A stretch of DNA of 49,412 bases from Chromera velia (taxonomy: Eukaryota), in the NCBI GenBank assembly GCA_018398765.1, contig JAHBMJ010000391.1, positions 1 through 49,412 of the forward strand, given 5' to 3'. This document shows positions 48,051-49,412 of the stretch, in pieces; positions within the stretch are counted from its first letter, which is position 1, and each line of letters begins with the position of its first letter. The translations under genes and the position numbers were made by a program. The notes below the pieces were generated by a model. It did not search any database, had not been told where the DNA came from, and saw nothing but the letters and a program-made list of their open reading frames with translations.

Positions 48051-48770
48051 CCTCTTTTATAACGCCTTTAGCAGAAATCAGGATCAACAACTTGCCTTTC
48101 CCTTTTTTTTCTGACCAATCGTCGACGACCTTTCTTCAGGCCGAAAGGCCACTGGCAAGACAAGAATTGGAAGAACTAACGACCGGAAAATCTTATCAAC
48201 ACAGGAATGAGTAAGTCAACCACACTTTTTTACTTATTCTCTTTCCTATCTTACTCCCTCCATACGTACAAACACCCCACAACAGAATGCAAGAAAAGTA
48301 GGAGAAGAGAAGACGAAGACGGAGGAGACAAGGAAGACTAGTGGACAAGCAAACAGATTGTCAAGATTCAAAACGAGCCGATTCATCCTTCCAATCTCCC
48401 TCTCCATTGACATGGCTTGACACGAGCAAACCCCTTTCCCTCCCTAGTCTAAGAGCAGGAAGAGAAGAACAGATTCACCATTCAGTGGCATTCACTGGTG
48501 TATGACAGCGGCAGCATCTCATGCTTCCAAAAGAGCAACAGAAAAGAATGTGTCAAAACATGAAAAGAAAGAACAAAACTGTCCTTCAGGGCCCTTTCTC
48601 ATCTGCAGCAACCTCCTTGTCATGAAGAAGACAACATGACGGAGCAAGAGAAAGATGGTGAAGGAGAACAGGCGGGGAAAAGGAATCTGAAAAAACCAAA
48701 ACGATCAGAGAAATGATTAGTCGCTCAGACCTCTCCTCTGAGGTTGCAGTTTGTGTTGTTCTCGTAGATC

Positions 48771-49412
48771 TCACTCTCCAATACCGGTGTGGGCGCTGGG
48801 CTTGAAAACGATCTTTTTGTTAGTCTTCTTAGCGATGTGGATCGAGGGCCTACTCGTAGCGGGAGGAGCAGATGCACTCGAGGCCGTGCTCTCTCGAGTC
48901 CTCTGACAGAGTTGGCAGAAATATCGACCCTCATCCTCCAGCTCGTCGAGAGTCTCAAAGGGCAGTACTTTCCTGAGGACTCCCACCCCTAGAGCCGGGT
49001 GGAATTGGTCCACAGGACACTCGCAGAACCCCGGAAGAGCCTGCACGTACACCCCCCGGTGGTTCGAGACCTGCCAGCCCGGTTGGACTTGCCCAAGGGG
49101 GGTCCTCCACCCTGGCCCGAGAGGCAGCTCATCAAGAAAGAGGCCCGTGCCTGGATCGATCTTCCTGTCAGAGTTGATGGTGGGGAAGTCGAAGGGCGGA
49201 GTCAGAGAGGGGTGAGGAGTTCCCGGTCTGCCAACGGGACTGCCTCCCTGAAGAGCTTGTTCGAGACCGTGTGCCTCCTGATCCTGTGCCTCTTGATCAA
49301 GGAGGGCCAAAGCTCCTCCGATGGTGTTCATATCTGACTTATCGATGCCCTGACGCCACAGACGTGCGCCCTCCTCCTCGTCCTTATCGTCAATATTCGT
49401 ATTCTCATTCGT
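48771..49412 (-). CDS. 5'-truncated ORF with a degenerate PHD-like Cys/His motif; unknown protein, possibly retroelement-borne
   Basis: The frame stays open from the window edge (TNENTNIDDKDEEEGARLWRQGIDKSDMNT...) to the stop at 48771. It contains FCECPVDQFHPALGV...YFCQLC. Confidence 0.55.
   Translation of the reverse strand, partial: TNENTNIDDKDEEEGARLWRQGIDKSDMNTIGGALALLDQEAQDQEAHGLEQALQGGSPVGRPGTPHPSLTPPFDFPTINSDRKIDPGTGLFLDELPLGPGWRTPLGQVQPGWQVSNHRGVYVQALPGFCECPVDQFHPALGVGVLRKVLPFETLDELEDEGRYFCQLCQRTRESTASSASAPPATSRPSIHIAKKTNKKIVFKPSAHTGIGE

Overview
Eukaryotic, intron-rich nuclear DNA with GT/GC-AG introns, microsatellite-filled introns and an assembly gap at 14620-14962. The style of the LRR genes and introns resembles a chromerid alveolate such as Chromera velia; this is inference, not verified. 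Hand-built gene models: the last exon of an unknown gene (224-472 +); a 17-exon RNI-like LRR gene (3716-11691 -); an intronless Cys-rich signal-peptide/GPI-type surface protein (12351-12734 +); a 3-exon bacterial-type tRNA 2-selenouridine synthase SelU/MnmH with a ~168-aa presequence (15953-18172 +); a second related LRR gene (20650-25917 -); a 31-exon anoctamin/TMEM16 (29779-43324 -); an intronless secreted AttH/CrtC-like lipocalin-fold protein (44094-45659 +); and a truncated ORF with a degenerate PHD-like finger next to gypsy-like PPT/LTR junctions (48771-49412 -). Genes are separated by AT-rich islands of decayed transposon DNA: a foldback MITE, a TIR element carrying a pseudogene fragment, and tandem arrays. 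These islands show an apparent CpA/TpG->TpA (RIP-like) plus CpG mutation signature. Top leads are (1) a probably plastid-targeted selenouridine/geranyl tRNA-modification enzyme in a eukaryote, (2) RIP-like repeat hypermutation outside fungi, and (3) one-LRR-per-exon architecture with an unusual GTCAG donor consensus. All exon coordinates were derived by hand from splice signals and reading-frame continuity and need RNA-seq confirmation.
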